Of a stretch of DNA of 64,000 nt, positions 9,035-19,917 are shown piece after piece. Under the pieces are notes generated by a model. That model was not told the origin of the DNA and did not search any database. It worked only from the letters and a program-made list of their open reading frames with translations. Source of the stretch: Clostridia bacterium (GTDB lineage: Bacteria > Bacillota > Clostridia > RGIG6154); contig JAGAJK010000060.1 in the NCBI GenBank assembly GCA_017626145.1, forward strand, positions 135,910 through 199,909, given 5' to 3'. How positions within the stretch are numbered: position 1 is the stretch's first letter; each line of letters starts with the position of its first letter. A program made the position numbers and the translations under genes.

Positions 9035-10213
9035 TTAATCCTCCAAGGGTTCAATAGTAATCACTTCAACATTATTAACACAATCATCGATTATAGCATC
9101 AATATCAAGTAATTTTTCAGATTGAAGAATTTTTTCAAGTTGTGGTTTTGTTTTTGGATGTTTTGGCACAAACACAGTGCAACAATCTTCATATGGCAGA
9201 ATTGAAGTTTCAAAAGCACCAATTTTTTTAGAAATTGTAACTATTTCTTCTTTATCCATACCTATTAAAGGTCTTATTACAGGCATAGAAACCGATGCAT
9301 CTGTTACTGCTAATGCTTCTAATGTCTGACTGGCAACCTGACCAATACTCTCGCCTGTGATAAGTCCTAATGAGCCGTGTTTTTTTGCCAACGCTTCAGC
9401 AATTTTCATCATAATGCAACGCATAATAACGGTAAGCTCTTCATCAGGACACTTTTCGTAAATTTCAAGCTGAGGTTTTGTAAAAGGTACTACATAAAGC
9501 TTAAATTTACCTGTGTAGCGTGCAATTATTCTGGCAAGTTTAATTACCTTATCTTTTGCTCTTTCACTGGTATACGGATATGAATAAAAGTGAACCGCTT
9601 CTAACGAGACACCACGCTTTGCGGTCATATATCCGGCTACCGGGCTGTCAATACCTCCAGATAATAAAAGACAAGCCTTACCATTACTCCCAACAGGCAT
9701 TCCTCCGGCGCCTTGTATTCTTCCTGCATGAACAAATGCACCGTAATCGCGTACTTCGGTATATACAACAACATCAGGATTTTTAACATCTACTTTTAAA
9801 TGAGGAAAATTTTCAAGCAAATGGCCACCAAGCTCCATACAGATTTCAGGTGATTTCAAAGGAAAAGCCTTATCGGAACGTTTAGCTTCACATTTGAATG
9901 TTTTGACGTTGTTTAAAACGTCTTTTAAATATTCACATGCAAAAGCTTTAATTTTGTTTATATCCTTTTCGGTTTCACCACATGTTACAATTGAAACGAT
10001 TCCGAAAACACATTTTAAGTTTTCTACTGCTTTATCAAACTCAAATTCGTCAGACGGAAATATATATATTGTTGATTGAGCTATCTTCATATTAAATTTC
10101 CCGCAATTTTCAAGACTTTTACGGATGTTTGACATAAGCTTTTCTTCAAAACGACGCTTGTTCAAACCTTTTAAAACAATCTCACCTAATTTAAGTAAAA
10201 TAATTTCTCTCAT
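9035..10213 (-). CDS. thiI: tRNA 4-thiouridine(8) synthase ThiI
   Basis: THUMP N-terminal domain and PP-loop SGGIDSPVAGY. Adjacent to a cysteine desulfurase. Confidence 0.88.
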   Translation of the reverse strand: MREIILLKLGEIVLKGLNKRRFEEKLMSNIRKSLENCGKFNMKIAQSTIYIFPSDEFEFDKAVENLKCVFGIVSIVTCGETEKDINKIKAFACEYLKDVLNNVKTFKCEAKRSDKAFPLKSPEICMELGGHLLENFPHLKVDVKNPDVVVYTEVRDYGAFVHAGRIQGAGGMPVGSNGKACLLLSGGIDSPVAGYMTAKRGVSLEAVHFYSYPYTSERAKDKVIKLARIIARYTGKFKLYVVPFTKPQLEIYEKCPDEELTVIMRCIMMKIAEALAKKHGSLGLITGESIGQVASQTLEALAVTDASVSMPVIRPLIGMDKEEIVTISKKIGAFETSILPYEDCCTVFVPKHPKTKPQLEKILQSEKLLDIDAIIDDCVNNVEVITIEPLED

Positions 10214-10214
10214 T

Positions 10215-11342
10215 TTATCTCCTCTTAAAACGCCTTAATAAGTTTAAAATATTTTCAATTTTTTCAACGGTAAAATCAATTTCTTCTTTTGTATTAAATT
10301 CAGAAAAGCTAATTCTGATTGTTCCTTCGGCAAATTCTCTGGGTACGCCCATAGATGATATTACGTAACTAATATCTGTGGACTTTGAATTGCACGCCGA
10401 CCCTGTTGAAACATAAATACCTTCTGATTCTAATGAATGTAAAAGAACCTCTCCTCTTACTCCTTTGAAAGAAACATTTACTACATTCACCGCATCATAA
10501 CCATTAATTAATATATCATCAATACTATTTAATTTCTCAATCATATAAGAACGAAGAGATTTTAAATATACAATATTTTTTTCAAGATTAGCGTTAAATA
10601 TTTCAACCGCTTTTGCAAATGATGATATTGCAGGTGTGTTCATTGTTCCTGAATGAAGTATACCATCTTGATTTCCACCAAAAATCACAGGGGTAATTTT
10701 TGTACCTTTTTTTACATACAAAGTCCCTACCCCTTTAGGTCCATGAACTTTATGTGCTGATACTGTAATTAAATCAGCGTTAATATCAGAAAAATTCATT
10801 TTTCCATATGCTTGCACAGCATCAGTATGCAGGATTATATCACCGCATAATGCTTTAATTTCATTAATAGGCTGAAAAACACCTGTCTCATTATTAGCTG
10901 ACATTACAGATATAAGAATTGTATCATGCCTTATTGCCTGTTCAACATCTAAAGGGTCAATTTTACCATCTTTTTGTGGCTTTATATAAGTTACTTCAAA
11001 CCCTTCTTTTTCAAGATGCTGACAGGTATGAAGGACAGCATGATGTTCAATTGAGGATGTGATAATATGCTTGCCTTTTCTGGAATTTGCATAAGCTACT
11101 CCCAAAATTGCCATATTATCTCCTTCGGTGCCTCCTGATGTAAATATTATTTCATCAGTTGATGCACCAAAACTTCTGGCAACAATTCTTCTTGATTTCT
11201 CTATTTCGCGTTCTGCATTAATTCCGCCAATATGTAATGCAGATGAGTTTTCATACAAGTTTTCGGATACTTCAACATATTTTTTAAGTGCAGCACGGTA
11301 AATTTTAGTTGTGGCTGAATTATCAAAATAAATATTTTCCAA
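10215..11342 (-). CDS. nifS: Cysteine desulfurase (NifS/IscS family, class V aminotransferase)
   Basis: PLP-lysine segment SAHKVHGPKGVG; C-terminal active-site Cys region SSGSACNS. Confidence 0.88.
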   Translation of the reverse strand: MENIYFDNSATTKIYRAALKKYVEVSENLYENSSALHIGGINAEREIEKSRRIVARSFGASTDEIIFTSGGTEGDNMAILGVAYANSRKGKHIITSSIEHHAVLHTCQHLEKEGFEVTYIKPQKDGKIDPLDVEQAIRHDTILISVMSANNETGVFQPINEIKALCGDIILHTDAVQAYGKMNFSDINADLITVSAHKVHGPKGVGTLYVKKGTKITPVIFGGNQDGILHSGTMNTPAISSFAKAVEIFNANLEKNIVYLKSLRSYMIEKLNSIDDILINGYDAVNVVNVSFKGVRGEVLLHSLESEGIYVSTGSACNSKSTDISYVISSMGVPREFAEGTIRISFSEFNTKEEIDFTVEKIENILNLLRRFKRR

Positions 11343-11441
11343 TCATATCACCAAAATAATTATACTATAATAATCACATTTTTTCAAGTAAATAGAAAAA
11401 ATAAGACTTTATTAATAATGATAAAATTATTACTTTCATAT

Positions 11442-11470
11442 AAAAAAGCACTTCCTCAGAAGTGCTTTTT
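11442..11470 (-). terminator. Terminator immediately downstream of tRNA-Lys
   Basis: AGCACTTC-loop-GAAGTGCT hairpin with flanking A/T runs. Confidence 0.6.
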
Positions 11471-11546
11471 TGGTGAGCCATCGGAGAGTCGAACTCCGGA
11501 CGCCATGATTAAAAGTCATGTGCTCTGCCAACTGAGCTAATGGCCC
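11471..11546 (-). tRNA. tRNA-Lys (anticodon UUU), CCA encoded
   Basis: Reverse complement folds as a cloverleaf: acceptor GGGCCAT/ATGGCTC, D-arm GCTC..GAGC, anticodon stem CATGA/TCATG with loop CTTTTAA, T-arm CGGAG-TTCGACT-CTCCG. Confidence 0.9.
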
Positions 11547-11560
11547 ATATTAAAGTTGAA

Positions 11561-11636
11561 TGGCTGGGCTGGTGGGACTTGAACCTACGAATGCCAGAGT
11601 CAAAGTCTGGTGCCTTAACCACTTGGCTACAGCCCA
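11561..11636 (-). tRNA. tRNA-Gln (anticodon UUG), CCA encoded
   Basis: Reverse complement TGGGCTGTAGCCAAGTGGTTAAGGCACCAGACTTTGACTCTGG... has a U1-A72 pair typical of Gln and the anticodon loop CTTTGAC. One A-C mismatch in the T-stem. Confidence 0.8.
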
Positions 11637-11675
11637 ACGTCATCAACAGCTCACTGTTATCTCAACAGCCTGTTT

Positions 11676-11704
11676 AGTATATCATAAACTCAGTTGAATG
11701 TCAA
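11676..11704 (-). promoter_or_regulatory. Sigma-A type promoter for the tRNA-Gln/tRNA-Lys transcript (TTGACA-17-TATACT)
   Basis: Consensus -35 and near-consensus -10 with a 17-nt spacer, about 30 nt upstream of the tRNA-Gln 5' end. Confidence 0.55.
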
Positions 11705-11785
11705 CCCTTTTTTAGAAAAAATTAATTTTTTTTGAATTATATTTTAAATTTTACAAAATTATGTTATTATATCTATGGTGATAAA

Positions 11786-12097
11786 ATGAATCAAAAATAC
11801 TATATTTATATTCTAAGATGTTCTGATAATACTTTATATACAGGTATTACCACAGATATTAAACGAAGAGTTAAAGAGCATCAATCTAAAAAAGGCGCAA
11901 AATACACAAAAAGTCATTCTGTTCAAATGTTGGAAGCATTATGGAAAACTAATTCCGGAAGAAGTGTTGCTTCAAAAATCGAATATAAATTAAAACATCT
12001 TACTAAAACTGATAAAGAAAATTTAATTAAAGCTCCTGAATCAATAATATCTTATTTTGACGATATTGATATAACTGTTGCGGAATTAAATATTTAA
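11786..12097 (+). CDS. GIY-YIG nuclease-domain protein (small, UPF0213-like)
   Basis: [29 protein letters not shown] is the GIY-YIG motif. Start at ATG 11786, which follows a GGTGA RBS; the track start at 11732 is an upstream extension. Confidence 0.75.
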   Translation: MNQKYYIYILRCSDNTLYTGITTDIKRRVKEHQSKKGAKYTKSHSVQMLEALWKTNSGRSVASKIEYKLKHLTKTDKENLIKAPESIISYFDDIDITVAELNI

Positions 12098-13774
12098 TTC
12101 CGCATTAAATTTTTCTATTATAGCTTTAATTTCTTTTTCCCTTTCAGTATTTAATATTTTTTTTGCCATTTTCTCAGCTTCTTTCAAATTGATTTTCGAT
12201 ATTGTGTATTTAAGCATATTTACCATTGGAATAGGTACACTGAATTTTTTTAAACCTAATCCTAAAAGTAAAGCTGTCATATCAGTTGTCGCTGCCAAAT
12301 CGCCACACATACTTATCTCTTTGTCATTTTCACTTGCAACCTTGATTACATTAAAAATCACCTTAATTACAGCAGGATTATATGGCGAATATAAATTACT
12401 GACAAATTCATTTCCTCTGTCAGATGCCGTTATATATTGTATTAAATCATTAGTTCCAATACTAAAAAAGTCACAATATTTCACAAAATTTGAAATATTT
12501 ATAGCACTTGAGGGTGTTTCGATCATCATACCTACTGGAACTTTTTTACTATAAGGAACGGTCAATTCGCTTTGAACTTCTTTGATAATCTTTTTTGCTG
12601 TTTCTATTTCTTCAACTGTGGTGATCATTGGTAAAAGAATCTTTACAGATTTACCTGATGCGGAGATTATAATAGCTTTCAGTTGTTCTTTGAATATTTC
12701 TTTGTTGAGCAAACACATTCTGATACCTCGGTTGCCAAGAAACGGATTGTCTTCTTCTGGCATATCCAGATAATCAATTTTTTTATCACCACCGATATCC
12801 ATTGTTCTGATTGTAACAGACTTTGGATGTAGTACATCAATTACCGTACTGTAAGAAATAATTTGTTCTTCTATAGTAGGTTTTATATTAGTAGATGAAA
12901 AAAGAAATTCCGAACGAAATAATCCAACTCCATCAATGTTATCTAACGTATTGTTTTTTACATCTTCAATATTTCCGATATTACCTAACACATATATACG
13001 GACACCATCTGAGGTTTTGGCTACAGTATTATTAAATGAATTAATTATATCACGTTTTCTTTTTTCTTCCATTAATTTATTCTTGTAATGATTGATGATT
13101 TTTTCTTCCGGATTTATTATTAATTCACCTTTTTCAGCATCCATAATAGCATTTTTTCCATTAAGATTTTTATTTAAATCTTTTATGCCTACAATTGCCG
13201 GGATGCCTAAGGATTTTGCTAAAATGACAGTATGAGAAGTGCTACCACCTCTTAATGTAGCAAATCCAACTATGTTTGTTTTATCCATTTGTAGTGTATC
13301 AGCAGGGGTAAGCTCTTCGGCAACTAAAATAATTTTATCATTTTCGGGAATATCAAAAATATCATCATTTCCATTTATACAATCTATAAGCAAATCTCCC
13401 ACATATTTTATATCATCACTTCGCTGTCTCATATATTCAGATTTGTGATTTTCAAACAATGAAATCAATTTATTAGATTGATTTGTTATCGCTTCACAAG
13501 GTGCCACACCGATTTTTTCAGCATCAATTATAGGTGATATATAAGCTTGGTCATTAAGCAACATATCATATGCTTCAAAAATCTTTGCGTTATCATTTCC
13601 TAATTTATCTTTGGCTATTGTATATAGTTTTCTTAATTTTTCTTTTGCTTTTACAATAGCTTCGCCAACCGTTAAATTACCTTCATTATTTTTAATTTTT
13701 GAAAAATAATAAATAGTGCCTATTGAAATACCTTCGGCACCTGAAATTCCTTTATATATTTTCAAACATATCAC
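12086..13774 (-). CDS. ptsI: Phosphoenolpyruvate-protein phosphotransferase (PTS enzyme I)
   Basis: Phospho-His region [21 protein letters not shown] and a PEP-utilising TIM-barrel domain. Immediately downstream of ptsH. Confidence 0.92.
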   Translation of the reverse strand: MICLKIYKGISGAEGISIGTIYYFSKIKNNEGNLTVGEAIVKAKEKLRKLYTIAKDKLGNDNAKIFEAYDMLLNDQAYISPIIDAEKIGVAPCEAITNQSNKLISLFENHKSEYMRQRSDDIKYVGDLLIDCINGNDDIFDIPENDKIILVAEELTPADTLQMDKTNIVGFATLRGGSTSHTVILAKSLGIPAIVGIKDLNKNLNGKNAIMDAEKGELIINPEEKIINHYKNKLMEEKRKRDIINSFNNTVAKTSDGVRIYVLGNIGNIEDVKNNTLDNIDGVGLFRSEFLFSSTNIKPTIEEQIISYSTVIDVLHPKSVTIRTMDIGGDKKIDYLDMPEEDNPFLGNRGIRMCLLNKEIFKEQLKAIIISASGKSVKILLPMITTVEEIETAKKIIKEVQSELTVPYSKKVPVGMMIETPSSAINISNFVKYCDFFSIGTNDLIQYITASDRGNEFVSNLYSPYNPAVIKVIFNVIKVASENDKEISMCGDLAATTDMTALLLGLGLKKFSVPIPMVNMLKYTISKINLKEAEKMAKKILNTEREKEIKAIIEKFNAELNI

Positions 13775-14025
13775 TCCATATTCAGTGTTTTGATTAATTC
13801 ATCAGATGCTTCATTTTCGTCGATTCCGTTAACAATAATTTCCAATAAATCACCTTTAACAGCACCCATACTCATAACCATAAGAATGCTTTTCCCCTCA
13901 TATTCATCGCCATCTTTAATTATCGTTACACTACTTTCGAATTTGTTAGCTGTCTTACAAAACTCCGCTGCCGGTCTTGCGTGTAATCCTTCGTCTGATG
14001 TTATCAAATATTTAAACTTTTTCAT
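13771..14025 (-). CDS. ptsH: Phosphocarrier protein HPr
   Basis: GLHARPA active-site His15 segment; KSIL(M)xxxSMG Ser46 region. Confidence 0.92.
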   Translation of the reverse strand: MKKFKYLITSDEGLHARPAAEFCKTANKFESSVTIIKDGDEYEGKSILMVMSMGAVKGDLLEIIVNGIDENEASDELIKTLNME

Positions 14026-14104
14026 TTTAATTTTCCTTTCAAATTATCATAATACTATTTTGTTTAAAATACTCAAAAATAACTATGGAAAATTTTGCTA
14101 AAAT

Positions 14105-14135
14105 AAAAAATCAGCACTTTAATGTACTGATTTTT
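14105..14135 (-). terminator. Terminator after the PBP gene
   Basis: AATCAGCAC-loop-GTACTGATT hairpin with a T-run; overlaps the stop codon. Confidence 0.6.
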
Positions 14136-15591
14136 ATTTATAGAGCCATGTTTTGATAATTTCACGTGCTATTGGTGCTGAGTTTTGTGAGCCACTACCT
14201 CCACTATATTCACATATAACTGCTACCGCTATTTCCGGATTTTCAGCAGGTGCAAATCCGATAAACCAAGTATGTTCCTTACCGTCGGTTTCATTTTCAG
14301 CAGTGCCGGTTTTTCCTCCAACTATAATTCCCGGAATCTTTGCAGTAGTCCCCGTTCCTCTTTCTACTGTTTCTGTCATATATTCTTTAATAGTATTTGC
14401 CGTTGAAGATTTAATAACTCTACTGGAAGAAGAATCATTCCCGTAATCAACAGTAAAACCAATGGTGTTTGTGATTTTAGCAATTAGATGAGGCTCTTGG
14501 TATATTCCGTCATTTGCAATAGTAGCAGTCATAACTGCCATTTGCAGTGGAGTAACTAATGTTTCACCTTGTCCAATCGACATCAAAGCAATTTCACCAT
14601 CAGGTAATTTTGAAGAATAATTAAAATTACCATTTTTATATGGTATTTCAAGTTGAAAGTTATTGAGGCCTATACCGAATTTTTTAGAATATTCCCTGAT
14701 AATATCAGGTCCCATTTCGACTCCTAATTTCATAAAAGCTACATTACTTGAAACCATATACGCTTCTTTAAGGTTAATTTGTCCATAAGCTTTTTTACCT
14801 TGATTTTCGAAAATTTTATCACCTATTTCCAGAGTACCATTATCATAGACCGAATAATCTTCGTACCCTTGTTCAAGAGCTGCAGCAAGCATTATTGTTT
14901 TAAAAACAGATCCTGGTGCATAAAGTCCACTGGTAGCACGTGATAAAAAAGGTGATTTTTCACTTTCAACAAGAGCATTCCAATTAGTCTCAAGACTTTT
15001 TCTGTTAGGGTCAAAACTCGGATTACTATACATACATAATATTTCGCCGTTATCAGGTTTTATCGCAACAACTGCTCCATTCTTACCATTAAGCATTTTT
15101 TGTGCCATTGACTGTAAATCATTATCAATTGTCAATTGTATGGTATCGCCCCTTTTTTCTTCGACAAAGTTTCCTGCGATATCGGTAACATCAGACATAC
15201 CCGATAAATATTTATTGTACGAAAATTCAAGCTGACTTTTTCCATAAGTTCTTGAACTGTATCCAATTATATGTGCATATAATGATCCAAAATCATAAAT
15301 TCTGACCTGTTCATTATCAATTGATTCGCTATGTGCTAAAATTAAGCCATTCCTGTCAATAAAACTACCTCTCAAGACACTTTGTTCAGTTATCCATTGA
15401 CGTTGATTAGCAGAATGATTCATATAATCATCCTTATGCATAGTTTCAATAACAGTTATATGAATCCCTAAAGTCAAAAATAAACAACCTATTATAACTA
15501 ACAGAATAAGAGATTTTGTGCCTTGACGATATTCTTTTGTAATTGACTTCTTATCAATCTTCTTCAACTTCAATCTCCTCTTCTTGCTCAA
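14134..15591 (-). CDS. Class B penicillin-binding protein (peptidoglycan D,D-transpeptidase; PBP2 or SpoVD-like)
   Basis: Signal-anchor TM segment. SxxK (GSVFKT), SxN (SSN) and KTG (KTGTA) active-site motifs. Overlaps the upstream SEDS gene. Confidence 0.88.
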   Translation of the reverse strand: MSKKRRLKLKKIDKKSITKEYRQGTKSLILLVIIGCLFLTLGIHITVIETMHKDDYMNHSANQRQWITEQSVLRGSFIDRNGLILAHSESIDNEQVRIYDFGSLYAHIIGYSSRTYGKSQLEFSYNKYLSGMSDVTDIAGNFVEEKRGDTIQLTIDNDLQSMAQKMLNGKNGAVVAIKPDNGEILCMYSNPSFDPNRKSLETNWNALVESEKSPFLSRATSGLYAPGSVFKTIMLAAALEQGYEDYSVYDNGTLEIGDKIFENQGKKAYGQINLKEAYMVSSNVAFMKLGVEMGPDIIREYSKKFGIGLNNFQLEIPYKNGNFNYSSKLPDGEIALMSIGQGETLVTPLQMAVMTATIANDGIYQEPHLIAKITNTIGFTVDYGNDSSSSRVIKSSTANTIKEYMTETVERGTGTTAKIPGIIVGGKTGTAENETDGKEHTWFIGFAPAENPEIAVAVICEYSGGSGSQNSAPIAREIIKTWLYK

Positions 15592-16810
15592 TACTTACAT
15601 ATTCTTTATTAGATACCGCTTCAAGTATAGCAATTGAAATGAAACTAACTAACAACGAACTACCACCGTAACTTATAAATGGCAATGTTATACCTGTGAG
15701 AGGAATAAATTTAGTTACACCACCCAAAATAATGAATGATTGATATCCGAACATACAACTAATACCAACCGCCAAAGTTTTATAGAAAGTATCTTTAATT
15801 TTCATTGATATCCTTATTCCACGATACACCAACATAAAATACAGCATTAATATAGCAATTCCACCAAATACTCCAAATTCTTCGCAAATAGCTGAATAAA
15901 TAAAGTCTGAATGAACCTCAGGAATAAAATCAGGACTTCCCTGACCTAAACCAGTTCCAAAAAAACCGCCGGCTGCAATAGCAAAAAGTGACTGCGTTAC
16001 CTGATATCCAGAGCCCATCACATCATTCCAGGGATTAAGCCAAACGTTTATTCTCAATTTAATATGTGAAACAAATATACATCCTAAAATACCGATAATA
16101 ACACCTAATACTATATTTCCTGCAAGCATCCATTTTTCATCATTAAAAACGAACATCAAAGAGAAGTGAATTAACAAAAGCAGCAAAGAAGTTCCCCATT
16201 CTCTTTGCAGGAGCATAAATCCTATTACAGAATAAACAATTAAAGAAGAAACTATTGCCGGACTTAACTGTTTAAATTTGTATCTTGCAGGATGAGCATA
16301 TCTGTCTGCAAGAAAAAAAATCACAAGTAGTTTAATGATTTCAGAAGGTTGTATTGTAAAAGAAGCAATTCGAATCCAGTTTCTTGAACCACCAATTGTA
16401 GAGCCTATAAAAAAAGTAGCTACAAATAAAATTAAAGACATAATGTAATATATGTAACCATTCTTGTCCCAAAAATTCAATTTAAGAACCAAACAATAAG
16501 CAACAAAAAATACTAATACACCTAAAATCAGCCATAAAATTTGTTTTTCGCCAAAAGATGGGGAAATTCTGTATAACATTATTTCGCCAACTGAGAAGAG
16601 CATTGCTACGAATAAAAATATATACCCATCGCAACCGCTCAAATGTTTAACAACAATATAAGATAAGGAAAGGGTAATTGTAACAGCAATACCAGAATAG
16701 AGTATTCGGATATCTGAAAAATCATTCATAAGCGACAGTAATCCGTAGCCTAATAAATTAATTAATATAATCATAAATACAGGCGTTTTTGAATTTAAAT
16801 GCTTCATCAC
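15554..16810 (-). CDS. SEDS-family peptidoglycan glycosyltransferase (FtsW/RodA/SpoVE family)
   Basis: Ten-TM hydrophobic profile with FtsW/RodA signature segments, paired with a class B PBP. Confidence 0.85.
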   Translation of the reverse strand: MMKHLNSKTPVFMIILINLLGYGLLSLMNDFSDIRILYSGIAVTITLSLSYIVVKHLSGCDGYIFLFVAMLFSVGEIMLYRISPSFGEKQILWLILGVLVFFVAYCLVLKLNFWDKNGYIYYIMSLILFVATFFIGSTIGGSRNWIRIASFTIQPSEIIKLLVIFFLADRYAHPARYKFKQLSPAIVSSLIVYSVIGFMLLQREWGTSLLLLLIHFSLMFVFNDEKWMLAGNIVLGVIIGILGCIFVSHIKLRINVWLNPWNDVMGSGYQVTQSLFAIAAGGFFGTGLGQGSPDFIPEVHSDFIYSAICEEFGVFGGIAILMLYFMLVYRGIRISMKIKDTFYKTLAVGISCMFGYQSFIILGGVTKFIPLTGITLPFISYGGSSLLVSFISIAILEAVSNKEYVSIEQEEEIEVEED

Positions 16811-16887
16811 TATTACCTCCTCTCAAAAAAATTATATTATTATATAGCAATAATGTCAAGTCGTATAATTTAATAAAAACAAATAAA

Positions 16888-16920
16888 AACAGAGACGAAG
16901 TATAACTTCGACTCTGTTAA
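16888..16920 (-). terminator. Terminator after the Asp23 gene
   Basis: AACAGAGACGAAG-loop-CTTCGACTCTGTT hairpin with one mismatch. Confidence 0.55.
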
Positions 16921-16922
16921 AA

Positions 16923-17300
16923 TCATTCATCGTCGTCCGTGTTTGATGATTCATCGGAAATTTCAATGCTTTTAACAAACACATTAACCGATTCAACAGT
17001 GAGTCCTGTCATAGATTCAACCGCTTTTGTTACTCTATCCTGAATAATAGCAGCAGTTTCTGCAATAACAGCTCCATATTTTAACGTAACATCTATATCA
17101 ATATTTACTTTCTTGTCCTTGATATCTGTTCTTACACTTTTAGAGTTTAACTTAAGCTTATAAAGATTCAATTTGGTAGAACTATAGAGCCCTACAACAT
17201 CCTTGATCTCTGATATTTCTTTTGCAGCTATAACTAATATAACATCGTCAGAAATTCTTATGCTACCTTCGATATTATTTTTTATTGTTTCATTCAACAT
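16923..17300 (-). CDS. Asp23/Gls24-family (alkaline shock protein-like) protein; positional equivalent of B. subtilis yqhY
   Basis: Asp23 core RISDDVILVIAAKEISEIKDVVG and an acidic C-terminus. Lies immediately downstream of spoIIIAH, as in Bacillus. Confidence 0.75.
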   Translation of the reverse strand: MLNETIKNNIEGSIRISDDVILVIAAKEISEIKDVVGLYSSTKLNLYKLKLNSKSVRTDIKDKKVNIDIDVTLKYGAVIAETAAIIQDRVTKAVESMTGLTVESVNVFVKSIEISDESSNTDDDE

Positions 17301-17373
17301 TTATATCCCTCCGCATTTTTAAATATGAAATTTAATAACTATGACGTTATTATAACACATATTATAAAAATAA

Positions 17374-17892
17374 TCAATCAATTAGTGAAATTTTTACCGA
17401 TTCAGGGGTTAGCGATGTTTGTGACAATATAACTTCCTTAATACGGATTAAATCAATTTCGTTCAATACTTCTGCATCAATAGTAACTGATGCCTGAGGT
17501 GGATTTATTATTACCATAACATCACTGTTAATTTTGTTTCCTATTAATTTTTCACATATCTTTTCAAGTTCTATGCTTTTTGAAAGTTCAATATAAGAAT
17601 TTCTTACATCGTTTTTAGATTCTTCATCTAAAGTATTACTTTCTAACAATGTTTTTAAATATGATAATTCTGTATCTCTTGCTTTTTCTATTTCCATCCT
17701 GTCTTCATAAAAGATATCTTTGTCATATTCAATGATATTTGATACATATTCAGCTTCACCAAGTATTTTCGTGGTATCTTTGTTCTTATGTTTAATATTC
17801 ATATATCCGCAAATTACCATAACGATCAACAAGAATACCAGTAATATTACGTTTTTATTAAAAGAATTTTTTGATATATGCTTTTGGCTCAT
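17374..17892 (-). CDS. spoIIIAH: Stage III sporulation protein AH
   Basis: Last gene of the 8-gene spoIIIA operon. N-terminal TM anchor and YscJ/FliF-like C-terminal region. Confidence 0.75.
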   Translation of the reverse strand: MSQKHISKNSFNKNVILLVFLLIVMVICGYMNIKHKNKDTTKILGEAEYVSNIIEYDKDIFYEDRMEIEKARDTELSYLKTLLESNTLDEESKNDVRNSYIELSKSIELEKICEKLIGNKINSDVMVIINPPQASVTIDAEVLNEIDLIRIKEVILSQTSLTPESVKISLID

Positions 17893-18371
17893 TATTTCAC
17901 TCCTATTTCAACACTTATTCTATCATAGCCAACTCCTGTTACTGCTTTTACAGCTTTAAGTATATTATTTTTAATAACCGTATCGCCGGCACCTGTTGCC
18001 GTTATAATAACACCTCGCACCTGTGGATTTATGTATGAATTTATCACAGGTTCTTTATTCGAAAATACATGCTTACTTTCGTTCGTTCCACCATTATATT
18101 CGTTAGTTTTCGTATCAAATGCATATCTTGTAACCCCTTTATTTTCATAAGTAATAAATACATTTACATTTCCTGCCCCTTGTATATTTGAAAGAATTCT
18201 TTCAAGTTTATTCTCATCAATTTTTTCCCCAAAAAGTTTAGTTGAATCTTTCGATATATTATTGTTATTATCAGATAACATATTCCCTATAAAAATCAGA
18301 GTGATTCCTATACATATCAAGATTAATATTTTTTTATTCTCTTTTAATAAATTAGTGATTTTACTTTTCAT
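17892..18371 (-). CDS. spoIIIAG: Stage III sporulation protein AG
   Basis: Operon position; N-terminal TM plus soluble domain of expected size. Confidence 0.7.
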   Translation of the reverse strand: MKSKITNLLKENKKILILICIGITLIFIGNMLSDNNNNISKDSTKLFGEKIDENKLERILSNIQGAGNVNVFITYENKGVTRYAFDTKTNEYNGGTNESKHVFSNKEPVINSYINPQVRGVIITATGAGDTVIKNNILKAVKAVTGVGYDRISVEIGVK

Positions 18372-18814
18372 ATATATTCTATCACAACCTCTTCACTATT
18401 TATGTCACAAAATAGCGCAACTTTATTTTTTATTTCTTCGGTAAAATTGCTATTGCTTATCTGAACTGTCACCAAAACAATTGCTCTCCCATTATACTCA
18501 ACTATAACATTATTTATTGAATTATTATATTCCTTATTAAGATATTCTATAATTTCTGTTGATATATTTTTCTTGACCATATCATTAAATACATCTTGCT
18601 TAACAACTTCCGAAGTATGAGTATAATTACCTAAATCTATGTTTATATCCAAACTCGGTAAGCCGGAAAAAATATTAATAACAACAAGCGTTGTAATTGT
18701 TCCAACAAATATCTTACAATATCTCCCGTATTTCTCATCCGGCACTATTGAATAAATTATGTTTATCAAAACTACAAGTCCGGAAATTGTTATAAATAAT
18801 CCCATCATAATCAA
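18368..18814 (-). CDS. spoIIIAF: Stage III sporulation protein AF
   Basis: Operon position; two N-terminal TM helices. Confidence 0.7.
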   Translation of the reverse strand: MIMMGLFITISGLVVLINIIYSIVPDEKYGRYCKIFVGTITTLVVINIFSGLPSLDINIDLGNYTHTSEVVKQDVFNDMVKKNISTEIIEYLNKEYNNSINNVIVEYNGRAIVLVTVQISNSNFTEEIKNKVALFCDINSEEVVIEYI

Positions 18815-19917
18815 TCAATAAAATTCCCTGTTATCAACAAAATACCTACACACCCCACAAATAATAAACACACTGCTATAAGAACCGACATAATTAATGA
18901 AATTGCTTCCGATGTTTCGTTAGTAAGGCTGATTATTCTTTTATCAGAAACAGGTTCGAGAATTATAGCTGAAAATTTGAAAATCAAAATATAAACAGCA
19001 GTTTTTATTATTGGAACCAATCCCCATATACTAATCATCACTATTCCTGCTACACCTGTTATATTCCTTACAGCACCAAAAGTAGTCATAACAGCCTCAA
19101 TAGATTCTGATACTACACCACCAACAACAGGTATACCCCTACCGATTGCATAACGAGCAGCTTTTCCTATTCTGTTATCTAACGATGATCCAACTAATCC
19201 ATATACACCATAAAAGCCTGTATATAAAGCAAGTGTAAATCCAAGTATCCATTTTGCACTTTGTCTCATAAGATTAACTAAAGTACCAATATTAATTTTA
19301 TCAGACATATTGTTGGCAACCGAAACTGTTACAGATGCAATTATTAAAGGAAAAACTAAAACATTAATAATCTGTGTCAGAACCTCAATTAACATCAATA
19401 ATGACGATGTTATCATAGACGAAGTCGTAATACCGCCACTCAAATTAAGTAAGGAAAGAAATAATGGCATAGTTGTTTTTATTAGTATAATTATACAGTC
19501 AAACATCTCTTTTGCGGGTTTTATGCAATTTAAAAATAAAGAAATTATTAAGATGGCATATAATGAATATGATATATTAAATGTTATATGCGATATTGAA
19601 TTATCGTTCGCACTAATCGTATTAGTAATGCTTATTGCAAAACCTGTAATAACTATAACTGCAAGTATTTTATAATGTGATGTAATAGCTTTTATGAAAT
19701 ATTCAGTTATACTTTTTAAAATTTCATTAACATTCAATTCTTCATTGTTTTCAAAACTAAGTATTAGTTTTTCTATGTTTAACTCAGGAAAAATCTCAGA
19801 TTCAATGTTAAAATAATCATAAATTTCTAAATCTTTATAAATCTCAGTTGAAAAATCCGCAGCTAAGCAATTAATGGGATTAATCAATATAAAAATTAAA
19901 ACTAATAGTTTTATCAT
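18811..19917 (-). CDS. spoIIIAE: Stage III sporulation protein AE
   Basis: Polytopic membrane protein of about 370 aa with a signal peptide; operon position. Confidence 0.8.
   Translation of the reverse strand: MIKLLVLIFILINPINCLAADFSTEIYKDLEIYDYFNIESEIFPELNIEKLILSFENNEELNVNEILKSITEYFIKAITSHYKILAVIVITGFAISITNTISANDNSISHITFNISYSLYAILIISLFLNCIKPAKEMFDCIIILIKTTMPLFLSLLNLSGGITTSSMITSSLLMLIEVLTQIINVLVFPLIIASVTVSVANNMSDKINIGTLVNLMRQSAKWILGFTLALYTGFYGVYGLVGSSLDNRIGKAARYAIGRGIPVVGGVVSESIEAVMTTFGAVRNITGVAGIVMISIWGLVPIIKTAVYILIFKFSAIILEPVSDKRIISLTNETSEAISLIMSVLIAVCLLFVGCVGILLITGNFID

Noticed and set aside
11561-11636. Possible pseudo-tRNA, because of an A-C mismatch in the T-stem of tRNA-Gln.
   Set aside because: The acceptor, D and anticodon arms, the U1-A72 pair, the encoded CCA and a consensus upstream promoter all support a functional gene. 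A single stem mismatch is tolerated.
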